A DNA stretch of 64,000 nt, taken from positions 75,084,001-75,148,000 of the forward strand of contig NC_087436.1 of the NCBI RefSeq assembly GCF_036321535.1, given 5' to 3'. Position 1 is the first letter of the stretch, and every line of letters starts with the position of its first letter. The notes beneath the pieces are model-generated. The model did no database searches, was not told the origin of the DNA, and saw only the letters and a list, made by a program, of their open reading frames with translations. This document shows, piece by piece, positions 50,610 to 64,000 of the stretch. The position numbers and the translations under genes were made by a program. The DNA comes from Camelus dromedarius (taxonomy: Eukaryota).

Positions 50610-51870
50610 TGCTTAATGGGAAGATATTGTCAATTTCTTCCTGGGTATCTCCACTTGGACAGTCTGCACATATTTCAAGATCAGTATGTCTAAAATCAAG
50701 TTCATTTGTCTTTCCTCCAAAATCTATTCCTGGCCTTGTGTGACTCTCTCCCATTAAAAATGGTACCACCATGCTGATGGTCATGTAATCGTATGAAGGT
50801 TCACCCAACTCAGAATCCTAGGAATCATCCTTAACTTTTCTCTCCCATCCTCCCTATGATCAGTTTGGCCTACTTAATGTTTTCATCACTCTATTGACTC
50901 CATCCCAATGAACTACTAATGTCTTAAGTTACCCTGTCACCTCTTGCCTGAGCTTTTTTGCATTTTGTCTATTAATGTACCCCTACTAAGTACAATCCCA
51001 ACATCCTCCTGAAACATACTCTATTCATATTACTCCGCTTTTTAAAATCTTTCAATGACTTACCATAATTTATAAACTAAAACCTAGTTTCCCAAGCATA
51101 TCTGTCCCTTAATCATATGCCTCTCACTTACCATGACGACCTGCAGCCACTTAAACATTAGCCTCTCTTTCGTTCACCTCTGGCATTTAATGAACTATTG
51201 CCATTTCTGAGACAGGACATGCTCCCCTACATATCTTTACACATGCTGTTTCCCCAGCATAGTATGCTCTTTTCCTATTTTGTCCGTCTCTTGGAATTAT
51301 CTTTCATGATTTAGCTCAGGCATCACTTCCTTTATAAAGCCTTCTCTAAAAGCCCTAGTATGTCTTTACTTAGCACACTGGGCCCACTGATATTATAATA
51401 AGTGTGGTTAAATTAACTAGTAGATTTGACATCTAAACTAATTTGAGTTAGACCTCTATAACCAAAACATCTGAATTAATACATTGTATTTCTGCATGAA
51501 AGTTGTTTCAAAGAAGGCTAACTGCTGCTAAAATAAATTTGAAAATCACTAAACTAAATGACAATAAGGCATTATTGTCAGTGGAATTATAATCTTTTTT
51601 TTAAAAGGCGTCTCATTTGTGGAGATGAACTAGAGAACTTCCCCCTCTGGATGAATGCAGTCTGTCAAAGCACAGCCCCCACTCACCTCTTGGCCAGATG
51701 TTTTTATGCAATATGCAAACTGAACAACCATATCACAGTATACTGCAATTATCTATGTAAGTGCACATCTGTTGTTCACATCCTAGACTGTGAACTCTGC
51801 CTTTATCCTTAGCACATAACAGAGTGTCTGACACATGATGCTCAAGGAACATTTATTTAATTCATTAATT
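50610..51870 (+). mobile_element. L2 fossil (fragmented)
   Basis: atctccacttgga...aatcctaggaatcatccttaac...ctagactgtgaactc...atgctcaaggaacatttatt. Confidence 0.6.
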
Positions 51871-51879
51871 AATGGTAGC

Positions 51880-52520
51880 ACTTCTCAAATCACGCCATGT
51901 GTCTTAATTTACTAGCAATTAGCTGCTGATAAAAGAAATCAGAAATAACAGTCACAGATGAAATAAATTGTATTTTTATCTTACAAAAAACAGCTCTGGA
52001 AATTGTCAGTTCAGGACTGATATGGCACATCCATGGTCAGCAGGACCTGTCTCCTTCTGTCTTTGGCTTTGCTATCTTTAGAACATGCATTTCTTTCCTG
52101 CCTCATAAACCAATATGGCTGCCAGGGCCATCTCACATGGTTGTGCAGTTTGTTTACTGCAAAGGTGCCCAACCAAGAAGCCAGTGATGTCTCAATACTG
52201 TGAGGTACGGCATCTACCCAGAAGAGGAACTGTTTCTAATTCACCTGCAAGGATGAGTGCTTCTTTCTAGTCTGTTCAAAGGCATCAAAGAGGTTATCAC
52301 AGATATTACAGTCATTGGGATCTCAACTATCCTATCCATTTTCCTGCTAGAGCAAAAATTATTCCCACTCCTAAGCACTATTCCAGAAGACCCACCAAAA
52401 AAAAATTTGTTTAGAATTCATTGGCCAAAACTTAATGACAGGACACAACTAGCTGAAAGGGAAACTGGAAAACTGTTTCAGTTAACCACAGCAGAAATAA
52501 ACTCCTGGGGATCTTCAGTA
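51880..52520. mobile_element. MLT1-type LTR fragments (reverse orientation)
   Basis: aatatggctgcc...cattggccaaaacttaatgaca...aagggaaactggaaa. Confidence 0.5.
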
Positions 52521-53860
52521 TAAGTGCAGCATATATACAATCCATCACCTCAACACTGAATACCTGATGAGTCCAAAGAAATAGAGTTAAAGCATTGTAT
52601 TGAGTTTCATAACTAAAAGTTTTAAGTTGCAAAGCAGATTTATGTTTAAATTAAAGCAAGATACTTTCAATAAAATTTTCATGGTATGTTTTTACAAACG
52701 AATAATATCTTTGTCTCCCCCCCCACCCCCGACCACCCCATCTCTTTCTCTCTCTCTCAGTAGCAATTGTTTCTTGTTTTTGTTTTCTGGTATCCCAAAC
52801 ACTATATTTAAATTCAATGTTGTCAAGTAGAAGGATTCCATTATTGCTTATAAATTTTTTTTTAAAAAAACCTCTTAAGAGGGCCATTCTCCTAACCCAG
52901 ATACCATTGACATTTTAGGACTGTATGTTTTACATTCATACCTACATTTGTAAGCCACTGGTAGTCAGTAAAGACTCCTCATTGCCTTTTGTTAAAGGTC
53001 CTTTATAACCTCAAACACCTTTCCAAACTTAGCACATTTCTCCTTCACTCACTCTAGGTTTCATCCATACAGACTTGCTCCCTTAATATGCTCTGACTTT
53101 CCCTCTCTATACCTTTGTTTACATTGTTCTTGGCTTACACTTCTCAACCTTTCATTTTACATGATCAAACAATCACATTTTTCAAGCACTGAGCTCTAAT
53201 GCTTCTTTCATTAAATCTTCTGCATCCATCCCTCTCCCCCAACCAGATATATCTTACTCCCTATCTGAACACCCACAGCACTTTGCAAGAAGGGACTCTG
53301 ACATGTAAACTTGATATCATAGAGATCCTATGGCTTTTGGAGTAAGACCAATCTGGGTACAAATTCTGGCTCTGCCACTTACTATATATGATCCCAGGCA
53401 AGTTGCTCAATTTCATCTGAAATATAAATATAATACATGTTTGCAGGGTTGGCATGAATAGTAAATGTTAGTAGAAATAAAAAAAAATAGAAAACAAAAT
53501 AGTAAATGTTAAGCTTGAAAGTAGTAGACAATGTTTCTTAACTAAGTTAATAAATATAGTATACAAGCTTGTGCTGACATATTAGTATTATGAATTTTTC
53601 AAAGATATTTTCAAGGAGCTGCTACTGTGCTCTCTTCCATCAGATTCTACCTAAGTGAAAAAAAAAATCACAATAACAAAACACACTGGCATAATTAAAA
53701 GATACAACCACAAGTAGAAAATGCTTAAAGCATGTGTTCAATTCAAGAGGTCTCTTCACAAATAATCTCCAGGTAACCATAGCCTGAAAAATTGTGGAAA
53801 TACACATATCTTTTTTGCACTGGATTGGAAGGCAGGAGTGATGTGTTCTACTTTCAATTC

Positions 53861-53955
53861 TTTTTCTTTTTCTTTTTTTAATGGAGGTACTGGGGATTGA
53901 ATCCAGGACCTCGTGCATGCTAAGCATGCATTCTACCACTGAGCTATACCCACCC
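53861..53955 (-). mobile_element. tRNA-Ala-derived SINE (camelid Vic-1-like)
   Basis: ggtatagctcagtggtagaatgcatgcttagcatgcacgaggtcctggattcaatccccagtacctcca plus A-rich tail. Confidence 0.82.
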
Positions 53956-56900
53956 ACTATTTCCTATTCTGTCATTAATAGTTTTGCTACCTTTGGTAAT
54001 TTGCCCAGCTTTTCATTTTGCAGCTTCCATGTCTGTCAAAAACGGGAATAAAAACAAGACATTATATACCCTAAACAACTTGAAGATAACGAAGTGAAAA
54101 TATTATGAGAAATAAGAATAACAAAAAATCTATATATTATGTCTTCTAATTATGCTATTATAATAAGACAAGTAAATGGTTAAAAGAAATATTTCTTCTG
54201 GCTCTTTTCCTGAAATGAACTTCTTTATTATCAGCCAAAATGCCTTGTTTTCTGACAGCACAACCTAAGCAGTTCCCTAGAACCAACCTACCCCCCTACC
54301 TTACTTTTTTCTTCTTTCCTTCCTTTAATAGCACTGGACTTACAGTTGTCTGATAAATTAAATTAATATTTTTACCTGACCAACTCTTGGTGGATGGAAG
54401 AAGATTACATGCTCATGCTTGGGTTGACTCACATAACTGCTTTACCAAAATACCGATGTCACCGTGTTCTCTTGCTAAAAGGATTGAGAAAGGAAATGCT
54501 TTTCTGTTTTCCTTGTTCTTGTTTTTCAGGGCAACCTGCAGTTCTGTGCAGCAAGCAAGAGCTAGGGATTGAAATCAAAGAAAGACTATATGACATCAAC
54601 CCAGGCCTCACACTGAAATGTGAATCTGTTAATAAAGTTATAGTCAGTTGCTACAGGGATGATTTTTCAGATGAGAAATTTCCATGAAATTCCAAATTTC
54701 CAAAAGAATAAAGATGTTCAACCTTTGGATTTCTTTTTGCTTTTATTCTTATTGCATACTTTTAAGTTAAAATATCGGCACATTCAATAGAGAAGTAGAA
54801 ATGCCTCAAAAAACAAACAGGTAGAAAGACAGTGTACATTTCATCAAGATTTCACTATCTGGCACGTTACTCTGAAAACATGCATAGTACCATAATTTTC
54901 TGAAAGTACTCGGGGGAATTGATACTTCATGTTCTCTAAATATGCTATTTGAAGCTTTTTTATATTTCTTTCAAAAACCAAGTACATTTTGCTGGAATTT
55001 TTCCCTGTCAATAAAGGACATTTATCACATAGTCTCTAAAAATATGTCCCATACTGTGCTAAAGAGACTGTTGAACTAGCTACACTATTGGGCTGAGGCC
55101 AACTTCAGGGATTCTTTCCCACAGAAATGAAAATGGCTGGTTGGCTGACTTAGCCTACGGTACGTGAGAAGCTGGATCAGCAAGAAGGAGAATGGTGGAC
55201 AGGCAGCGACAGGTGGAACAGAGAGAGATGGCAGGCCATGTTCTCCCAGAGGGAGGCACTGAGGAGGCTCTGCCCAGATGTCCAACTAACACTTTGGAGC
55301 TAGAGACACAGTTTACTCCATCTGATGTGAAAAAGAAAGTGGGGAGTTGCACTTTAGACCCAGCGGCCCTTTGCATCCAGTTAATATGGTTAAGTCTGTC
55401 TTCATCTAGCTCTGTCCTGTTCTTCTGCCCCTGACTTGCTGAAGGAACCAGGACAGTTGTTCTGGAGAATGTCACACTTCCCGGTTTGCCTCATGCTTCC
55501 TTGTGTTATCATTTGTTTTGTTCCACTATCCCCTGTGCTTTCTGTAACCTGGATGTTACATCCAAAACTTCAATGGAATGAAATTAAGTATTTTTGGCTA
55601 GACTACATCACAGGTACATTGTGTGTGTCATGTTGCCTCCCATAGGAAGACACATACTATCTGGTTGACTCACAAAAATTGATGATAAATTTGGACCCTG
55701 GATTAGAGTGATAACAGCTTTCTCCCCCAGAAATCTAGATCAATGACTTGTTGCCTGTAGATACTTAATAACTATTTGGTAAAATACAGATTTCCCTATT
55801 GATTTTGCCCTTAAGGACCTTATATGTTAGTTAAGCCTTAAATTGGTTTTAGAATCCATTATCTGACTGTTTTGTTTTTTTATTTTGATGGTAGACTTAC
55901 TTTCATGATGTTATTAAGATTAGTTTGCATTTAAAAAGTAAGTTAAAAAGGCAGATTAATCAAAGACATAATAGATACACAGGAGAGAAGACAAAGAGGC
56001 AATTTAGAGATAGCTGACAATCCTTGCAAATGAAACCAAAACAAACTGATCAAAAAGAATAATACAGTCATAATAAAAGGAAAAAAAAGATTAGTTTTCA
56101 TAAACCATCATGTGCAGGAAACTGTGGCCCAGAAACACATGTATGGCAGGGCAAATAAACTAGCTGTTAAAAATTTTCAACAGATAATCCACTCATTAAA
56201 TAATTTACATTTTGAAATTTGAAATTTATATAATCTAAAATAACTCTTTAAATGTCAACCCTTAGGGGTTTTTTTTAACTAATACCAACTGCTGATACAC
56301 CTACACAAATCAAATTCAGTGAACTTCCACCAGCTGACCTTTAAGATAATCACTAGTTAAAGAAATTATGCTCTTTTCTGCAACAGGGATAATCTTGTTA
56401 TTTGTGTTCTTTCTAGAATTATACTCCACTTTTTAATTTAGCTTGTTTATATTGGTGGCCTAATCCTCAAAAATAACCAAGAAAGCACACTATTTCTAAT
56501 ATTTCAAATCATCTAATTTCTTCCTATTTATTTTCCACGTATAATATTACGTTTCTTCTACATAACTTTTTTTCTAAATAACTTTTAGACTTATTTTAAT
56601 TGAGTAGGCTAACCAAACCTGGTGTTTTTGGACAGATTTTTTTTTTTGAAACAGATCAATCTTTCGATGTGAAGAGAGCCTCTATTTCACCCTTTAGCTC
56701 TAAAATGACTCATGCTCATCACACATTACAATTTGTGTTCTTTTGTTAACCTTTTCAGTTCCTTCCTTCTAGCAACCTGAACTTAAAAGTTCTGATTCCA
56801 ATATATAACATGATTTAAGAGAATCATTACACAAAAACTATTTTCTCTAATGCTTGTTGTAATGCCTGAAAACTAGCCACAGAGATTCAGTCTCTGGAAA

Positions 56901-57689
56901 ATAAAAACTTTTCTAAAATATACTAAAATATACACCATCTTAGTGTGTCCCAGCACCCTCTGTGCTGAACACCACTTCCATGAGATTCTCAGGGTATAGG
57001 GAGAGGGGAGATTCTGTGGTCAAATATGTACAGGAAATGCTGCATCCTGCACTTCTCTTGAAAATTCACAATATTCTTAAGCTTAACAAGAAAATTGAAA
57101 AGTCTTACCTAAAGAAACATGTTTTACTCCATTTAGCCAGTGTTTTCTCAGACATATTAACCACAGAATTCTATTTGCTTAACACCCATAAATGCCCCCA
57201 AGTAGAGAATAGTTGGGGAAACACTACCTTCACCTATATAATCAGCAAAGTTTTGCTTTAGAATCATAGAACCAGAAAGCTGGAAATCTTATGTTATTGA
57301 TCATATATCTTAAGGGTTTTCACCTAAAAAAATAGACTTATGAAAGTTAAATGACTTGGCTTAAATTTAGAATCCATATTTCATTTTCTATCTGATTCCT
57401 GGGAAATCAATACACTTCTATAATTCTCTAATTGAAATACAGCAAATTATTTGACCAAAATGCTACAAAACTATATAGCGCATAAGAGGAGGCCTCTGCA
57501 ATTGGGTTACTGTGATCCCATAAGGCATTATGGGGAGAGGAGTGCAAATTCTTATAAATTTTAGTTTTTTGTTTGATTCTTTATAAAAATGGAACCAATC
57601 CATACGAAGAGCTTTGAATTTACTTTTTTTTCACTTGACCTTACATTGTTAATGTATTTTCATGACATTAAATACAATTCTAGAGCATG

Positions 57690-58985
57690 GCTCTCAGCTG
57701 CATCAGACCCAACACTCCCTTTTCATAGCAAACATTTTGTAATACTTGCTTTATTATCCTGAGTTGAGATGCACAGATAATATATTGTATATACATAAGC
57801 AATTTATTAAAAAAAATAATACAATACTTTAGCTATAATATGTAGGAAAATTAAAAGCAAAGCAATTTATAATGAAATAATATATGAAATGCTCAGGCAT
57901 GACTTCATTAGAAGGCAGAGTGAAGAAGTTAGATGTTTGGACCTTTGAGTAGTCTTCTCTTTTTATTTTTTACTTAGGGAACATTGGTTTATAACACTAT
58001 ATAAGTTTCATGTGCACAACATTATGTTTCTACTTCTGTATACACCACAGCATACTCACCACCAAAAATTTAGTTTCCATCTGTCATCACACAGTTGATT
58101 CTTTTTAAAACTCATTTTGCCTACCCCTCCCTCCCCCAACTTCCCCTCTGGTAACCACTACTCTATCTTCTGTATTGATGTGTTTGTGTTTGGTTGGGTT
58201 TGTTCACTTATTTTGGTTTTGTTTGTTTTTTATATTTCACATAGAAGTGAAATAATTACAATACTTGTCTTTCTCCTGTAGCTTTAACTTGAATGTCACG
58301 GCTACAAAAACAGACTGATACACAAATGTGTTGATTTGTCATAGGAATGACACCAGCATGAATCACATGGTTCTACCAAGATGGTGAACTACTTTTGGTA
58401 AAATTCCAAACAAAACAAAGTACATTCTTTCCTATATTTACATAACAGCTGCTTTCCTAGAAAATTTATATTAAAACCATGGAACAAAAAACATTTATGC
58501 TTTGAGTGAAATGGAGTTGATGTCTAGGTTCAGATCATATATATGAGTTTTTTACACATGTAAATGTCTAGAGAGACATCTGAAAACCAAGGAGAATGCA
58601 TAAGCATTCATCCTTTTATGTGCAGAACTTTCCTGAGAATTCTAGATCATCTAGCATCCCCAGCCCCTGCCCACTAATCCCAAGTATCACTTCCCACTCC
58701 TACTAGTGTGATTATGATACCCAAAAACCTCCCCTAATTAACAGATACAAACATTACACACAGAGTAGATAAACAACAAGATCCTACTGTACAGCACAGG
58801 GAACTATATTCACTAACTTGTAACAGCTTACAATGAAAAAGAATATATATGTATAACTGAATCACCATGCTGTATATCAGAAACTAACACAACATTGTAA
58901 ATCAACTATATTTCAATTAAAACAAAGAAACAAAAAACTTCCCCGCATACTCTCAAAATGCCCCCATCCATGAGTGGGAACATAC
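57690..58985. mobile_element. Probable DNA-transposon fossil hosting two L1 3' fragments (57958-58277 minus; ~58740-58932 plus)
   Basis: MER-like right end (tagcatccccagcccctgcccact...caaaatgccccc). The plus-strand L1 fragment is flanked by aaaaac(c/t)tcccc repeats. Confidence 0.5.
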
Positions 58986-59109
58986 TGTACGAATATATTT
59001 CAAATGTTGCTTAGCATTCCGCTGAATTAATATGCACTAGTGGATTACCAACTGTTCACTAAGTTCAAGGACACAGTCTCCTTAAATCACTGAATAATCA
59101 TAACGGGAA

Positions 59110-59300
59110 CCACCAGCTGAGAACATACAATGTCCCAGACATTTTACGTACATTTGGTTATTTAACCTTTACAATTGCCACATAAAGGTACGGAGTATTA
59201 TTTTCCCCATTTTACAGATGAGAAACCTGAGGATCATGGATACCCAATAACTTTCTTCAAGGGAGCCAGGATCCCAATCCAGGTTTTTTTTTTTGATGTT
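59110..59300 (-). mobile_element. MIR fossil
   Basis: attattttccccattttacagatgagaaacctgagg, the MIR core. Confidence 0.75.
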
Positions 59301-62300
59301 TAAGTTCATGTAATTAGTCACAGCAATATATTGCCAGAGATGGTCTGTATTACTTCTTAGAGCAACCATTCTCTTTCTTTTCAATTCTTTTCTTACCTTC
59401 TGATGCAGTTTCCCTTTATCATTGCCTTTCCTTTTTGATCTTTCTAGAAACACGACACCGTTCCCCAGTCCCTTCTCTCCCTGCCTTTTAAAGTGAAGAA
59501 CTGTGTTAGATTTGGATCTGTTACAATTGGTTCTAATTAATGTCCCTACCCTCGGGCCGTTTCTGAATGAATGACTCAACATAACTAAGCAAATTCAAAT
59601 TTTAAAGGAACTTGAGAATTTTTAACCTGAACTAACATGTCCAGGGAGTATATTATTACATGTTCATCACCTCTTTTCCTTACCAGCCATGCATCTTTTA
59701 AATGACTGGATGGTTGCTTTCATTCCCTGACTATTGTCATCTGAAAATATCATTTCAGTGATTATGAATGACCTCCTCATTAGTGGAGTGTTTTTTTCCT
59801 CCATTACTAGAGTGTAAGTAATTTGAAGATAATGCATGTATGCCCCTATGTTTCTACTACGTTATATTGTAATGCTCGTACATTGTAAATTCACAGTAAA
59901 TATCTATTGAGTGACTACAAGAAGCTGAATTCAAAGTTAGCACAATTACAAGCTAAACATGAACAGACTTCCTTGCTTAGATCCTTTGTATTTTGTTTCC
60001 ACACCTATAAAATGAGCTGAATTCATGGGGTTTTTGCAAAGACAAGATGAGATATTCGTGAGTGTTGCTGAAACAATGCAAGCACTAGGGGAAATTTGAG
60101 AAGAGTAGCTTCTCTTCCCCCTCTGTCATTTTCCCACAGTCCCCTCCCCTTCACAGAATGCTTTGAGCCAAAATGTTCAGGATTCACGTTTTGGACAGGG
60201 TTTTTTTTCTTTCTGAGCGGTGTGTATGAAAAGTGGTGGGATATTTGGACACAATCAACAAACTTTTAGTTCTATATTATTACCATTTTAATAGCTACAG
60301 AGCTTGTTTCCTTGATTAAGAATGAAAGAAGACACTACAGCATATGGTATCCTTTCTGTATGGACTAACTTTCTCACTGATACTGTACTATGTGCATCTC
60401 TTGAGAGAATGTCTAGCTTATTAGGTTGTGATACAGTCTGAGGAACTAGGTTTTTCTTGATGATAATGCCCAGGGAAAGAAGCTAGAACTCAGGCATGGA
60501 AGTTTGAGTGAGTGAGTGGACCCAAAATTGATACGAAATGAAATTTGATCTCTAAAGGTCAAGGAGTCAGAAATTTTGGAAATGTACTTCTGGTAAATAC
60601 TGTTGAAAATGACTCCCTGATCCACCATATGGGAACCAAGAAGGAAGGACACAGATAAGATTTGTTTGTGTTTTAATTGTCTTTTTTTCTCCTCCAGGGT
60701 AGCACATAAGCTTTGGAGACAAGGTATAACTTCAACCCAGATTTTCCAAATTCATGCTACTTTTTCAGTTTGATTTATCTTTTGTCCTTCAATCTTTAGT
60801 ACACTATTTTAGCTGTATTATAGGAAATGAAGAGTGGGTCATTTGTCCATGCTTGGACCGGATGCCAAAAGGAGGACCTTTACCAACCCCCACAGCCCCC
60901 AGCACAGTTGTCTCAATGGCAGTCAGTTTCAAGACCCCAGTGGCCAGGGAAAGCCAGAGGAAAACAGGCAGGGCCATGTGGTCCAACTGCCTCCTGATCA
61001 TCTGGCAATTCTTCTAATGCTAAACTTGGAAGATCTGGGTTATATTTTTGTAAAGAAAAACAGAATCCTAACACATATGATTCACTGGTCTGGCCTCACA
61101 GCCTTCCTAGCACATGGTGCTCACTAAGAAAGTGTATAATCAATGAATGAGCCAGTATATACTTATTGAGCTTTGTCTTGCTATGTTCCTATCACAGTGT
61201 TTCATAGCCAGCACCTAAACGGCAGTACAGGCAACTTTTATTCAGGTTCAACCTAGTACCCACTGAGTACCTTCTGTGAACAAGGAACTGAGCTAGTTGC
61301 TCTGGGAGACACAAGTATGAATAAGATATGGCATCTTGTTTTAAGGAGCTAAAAATCTAGTGGCAGAGACAGACACAGACATAAATAACTCTTTCTTCAG
61401 CGTGTGACCTCAGGGATGTCTAAAGCTCCCCAGCGCATTACCTTGCTCTCTTTTGGTGAGCATTTCCCACTTCTCCCTCCCTTAAGAACATTTGTGCTTT
61501 TGTGCTTCATCTTCCTTGCCTGTTTCATCTTCCCTTGACACCGTTCTTATATTCTTTCATATCAACAATTCTTACTGTTCTAATAGCTCTTTCCCCTCTC
61601 TATTTAAGCAAGCTTTGAGTACATCCTTCTTGACTGGAGAAAAGACTTCCCTGGAGGCTTTTCTTTGATTATCTTTCAAGTTTGGCTTCTTTTCATTTCT
61701 TAAAAAAGTTTTTCTGTACTTCAAGTTGGCCATTCCTAACTTTCAGTAGAATAGCCTTCTCTGTATTTTCCCCAGAAGATATTTAGTAAATGTTGTATTA
61801 GTAAAATGGAAAATTTGTACCTTGTGTGTTTCTCTTTTTATCCCCTTTAACACATAATATATTCCAGAAACTGGTTAAAATTCTTAATGGTGGACATATG
61901 CATGCTGTCTGTTATTAACAATATTGCCTCATTAAAATCAGATGAGACAATAAATATAGTTCTCTGACTTGTGTAGCAAAGGTCCAACAAAATGAATTAA
62001 AGCAAAAAATATATAATTCTATTCTAAACCTCTCCAGTTTTTTTTCCAATTTTAGTGAAAGAAAGAAAACAAAATACTACTTAGCATTTTTGAAACAAAT
62101 ATTTTGTTACTGTATTTCTGATTTTGTATAGCACTTTACAATTCACAAAACTTTTTGATGTATAATCAGCTCATTTGAGCTTTACAACAACATTGTTTCG
62201 AAGAAATCAAAGTTATATCACAACTGTCATTTTTAGCAGATAAGAAAACTCAGAGATGCCAAATGACATCTTTAAATTCACAAAATCTGCTTATACGTGG

Positions 62301-62875
62301 CAGATCTATGTCACAAATTTGGTCATTCTTACCTTAGGGCATGATTCTTCTGCCTCTTCATGCTATACATGATTTCTCCAGGCTATTTCTATTTACATTT
62401 AAATGTGAGTTTAATTATGTTGAAACTTCTGAACCACAACCTCTATTGTGAAAATTAGTATAGATTATGTGGTCATCTAGTAGGACTAAACATTTCATCA
62501 TTTTAGAATCCAGATCTTAACAACTGCTAATGCAGATGGTGCTTCTTGCAACATAGGAGCTGGAGAAACCCTGGCAATAGTCTCTTTAGATCCAAATGAT
62601 TGCATTGGATCCAAAGAAAAGCACTCTAATGAGCTATATTTTGAAGACTGCATTAGAATGAGAACACTTACCTGATTGTTTATGTCAATGAATTATTACT
62701 AATTATTGAAATATTGGGGAGTTAAGGGCTACTGTATTATTAAATGAATATAACAATGCTCAGACTCTTCATTCAAATGAAATTCTGTGGAAGAAGATCT
62801 ATCTCAGTGACACAACATTGGAGCAGCTCCAATTTCTTTAAGTCAAGGTAAATGAATAGAAATCATCAGAGAGGT

Positions 62876-63930
62876 CTATTTTAATTGAGATATAATTAAC
62901 ATATTAGTTTCAAGTGTGAGACATAATGATTCAATATAGGTACATATTGCAAGATAATCACAAGTCTAGTTAACATCCATCACCACACATAGTTACAAAT
63001 TTTCCTTTTTATTGTGATGAGAATTCTTAAGATCTCCTATTTCAATAACTCTCAAATATATGATACAGTATTATTAACTGTAGTCACCATACTATATACA
63101 CTATGATCCCAGTACTTACTTATTTTATAACTGGGAGTTTGTACAATTTGACCACCTTCACCCATTTTGCCTCACCCCTACTCCCTACCTCTGGCAACCA
63201 CCAATCTGTTCTCTGTGTCTATAAGTCTGGGGTTTTTTTTCTCTTGTTGGATTCCACATATAAGTGAGATCATGCATTTCCACTGTCTCTAACTTATTTC
63301 ACTTAGTATCATGCCCTCAAAATCCATTCACCTATGTTGTCCTAAATGGCTGGATTTCCTTCTTTTCTATGGCTAGTAGTATTCCAGTGTGTTTATGTAT
63401 ATACCACATTTCCTTAACCATTCATCCATCAATGGACACTTAGGTTGTTTCCATGTCTTGGCTATTGTCAATAATGCTGCAGTGAATATGACTGTGGATA
63501 TCTTTTTGAGTTAGTGTTTTCATTTCCTTCAGATGAACGCATAGAAGTGGAATTGCTGAATTATGTGGTAGGTCTATTTTTAATTTTTTGAGGAACCTCC
63601 ATACTGTTTTCCATAGTAGCTGCACCAATTTACATTCCCATCAAGAGCGCACAAGGGTTTCTTTTTCTCCACATATTCGTCAATCCCTGTTATTACTTGT
63701 CTTTTTGATACTAGCCATCCTAATAGGTATGAAGGTGGTTTTGATTTGCATTTCCCAAATGATTAATGATATAGGGTGCCTTTCCATGTACTTGTTGGTC
63801 ATCTGTATATCTTCTTTGGAAAAACGTCTCTTCGAATCCCCTGCCCATTTTTAACTGAGTTGTTGGGTTTCTTTTTTTTTTTTCTATTGAGTTGTATGAG
63901 TTCTTTGAATATTTTGGATATTAACATCTT
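62876..63930 (-). mobile_element. L1MA-type 3' region
   Basis: ttttaattgagatataatt 3' end through the ORF2 C-terminal remnant [17 protein letters not shown]. Confidence 0.88.
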
Positions 63931-64000
63931 AGAGAGAATTTTCTAATAGAAGGATTAGATGGAAATAATAAACCAAAATGAAGTAACTACGAAATACCTT

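Noticed and set aside
53880..53955. tRNA-Ala-like sequences (also at ~3500 and ~46600)
   Set aside because: They have A-rich tails, flanking repeats and degenerate stems, so they are SINEs rather than tRNA genes.
1..64000. Prokaryote-type systems (CRISPR, operons, defence islands) or a novel protein-coding gene
   Set aside because: The sequence is mammalian intronic and intergenic DNA. I found no repeat-spacer arrays and no coding exons other than CNOT6L.

Overview
Mammalian genomic DNA, probably camelid (inferred from three copies of a short tRNA-Ala-derived SINE resembling the camelid Vic-1 type). It contains the 5' part of CNOT6L (CCR4b deadenylase) on the minus strand. A CpG-island promoter spans about 43.2-45.4 kb. 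The canonical first coding exon ends ATG AG|gt at 44016-44012, followed by a ~35.8 kb intron and coding exons 8175-8054 (122 bp), 5702-5516 (187 bp) and 4192-4107 (86 bp), which encode the N-terminus and leucine-rich repeats. The nuclease-domain exons lie beyond the left edge. The rest is intronic or intergenic DNA dense in L1, L2, MIR, MLT and MER fossils, and almost all ORF-track entries are spurious or L1 ORF2 remnants. I see no new gene family or prokaryote-style system. The most interesting signal is the 5' architecture of CNOT6L: several first-exon donors plus a tandem exon-2 acceptor 8 nt apart could switch one upstream AUG between a uORF and an in-frame poly-Pro/Gln-His/Arg8 N-terminal extension. 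Other findings are a twin-primed L1, a chimeric L1, nested L1s, poly(A)-only insertions with target-site duplications (TSDs) and two local templated duplications. Repeat subfamily names come from recalled consensus motifs, and repeat boundaries are approximate.
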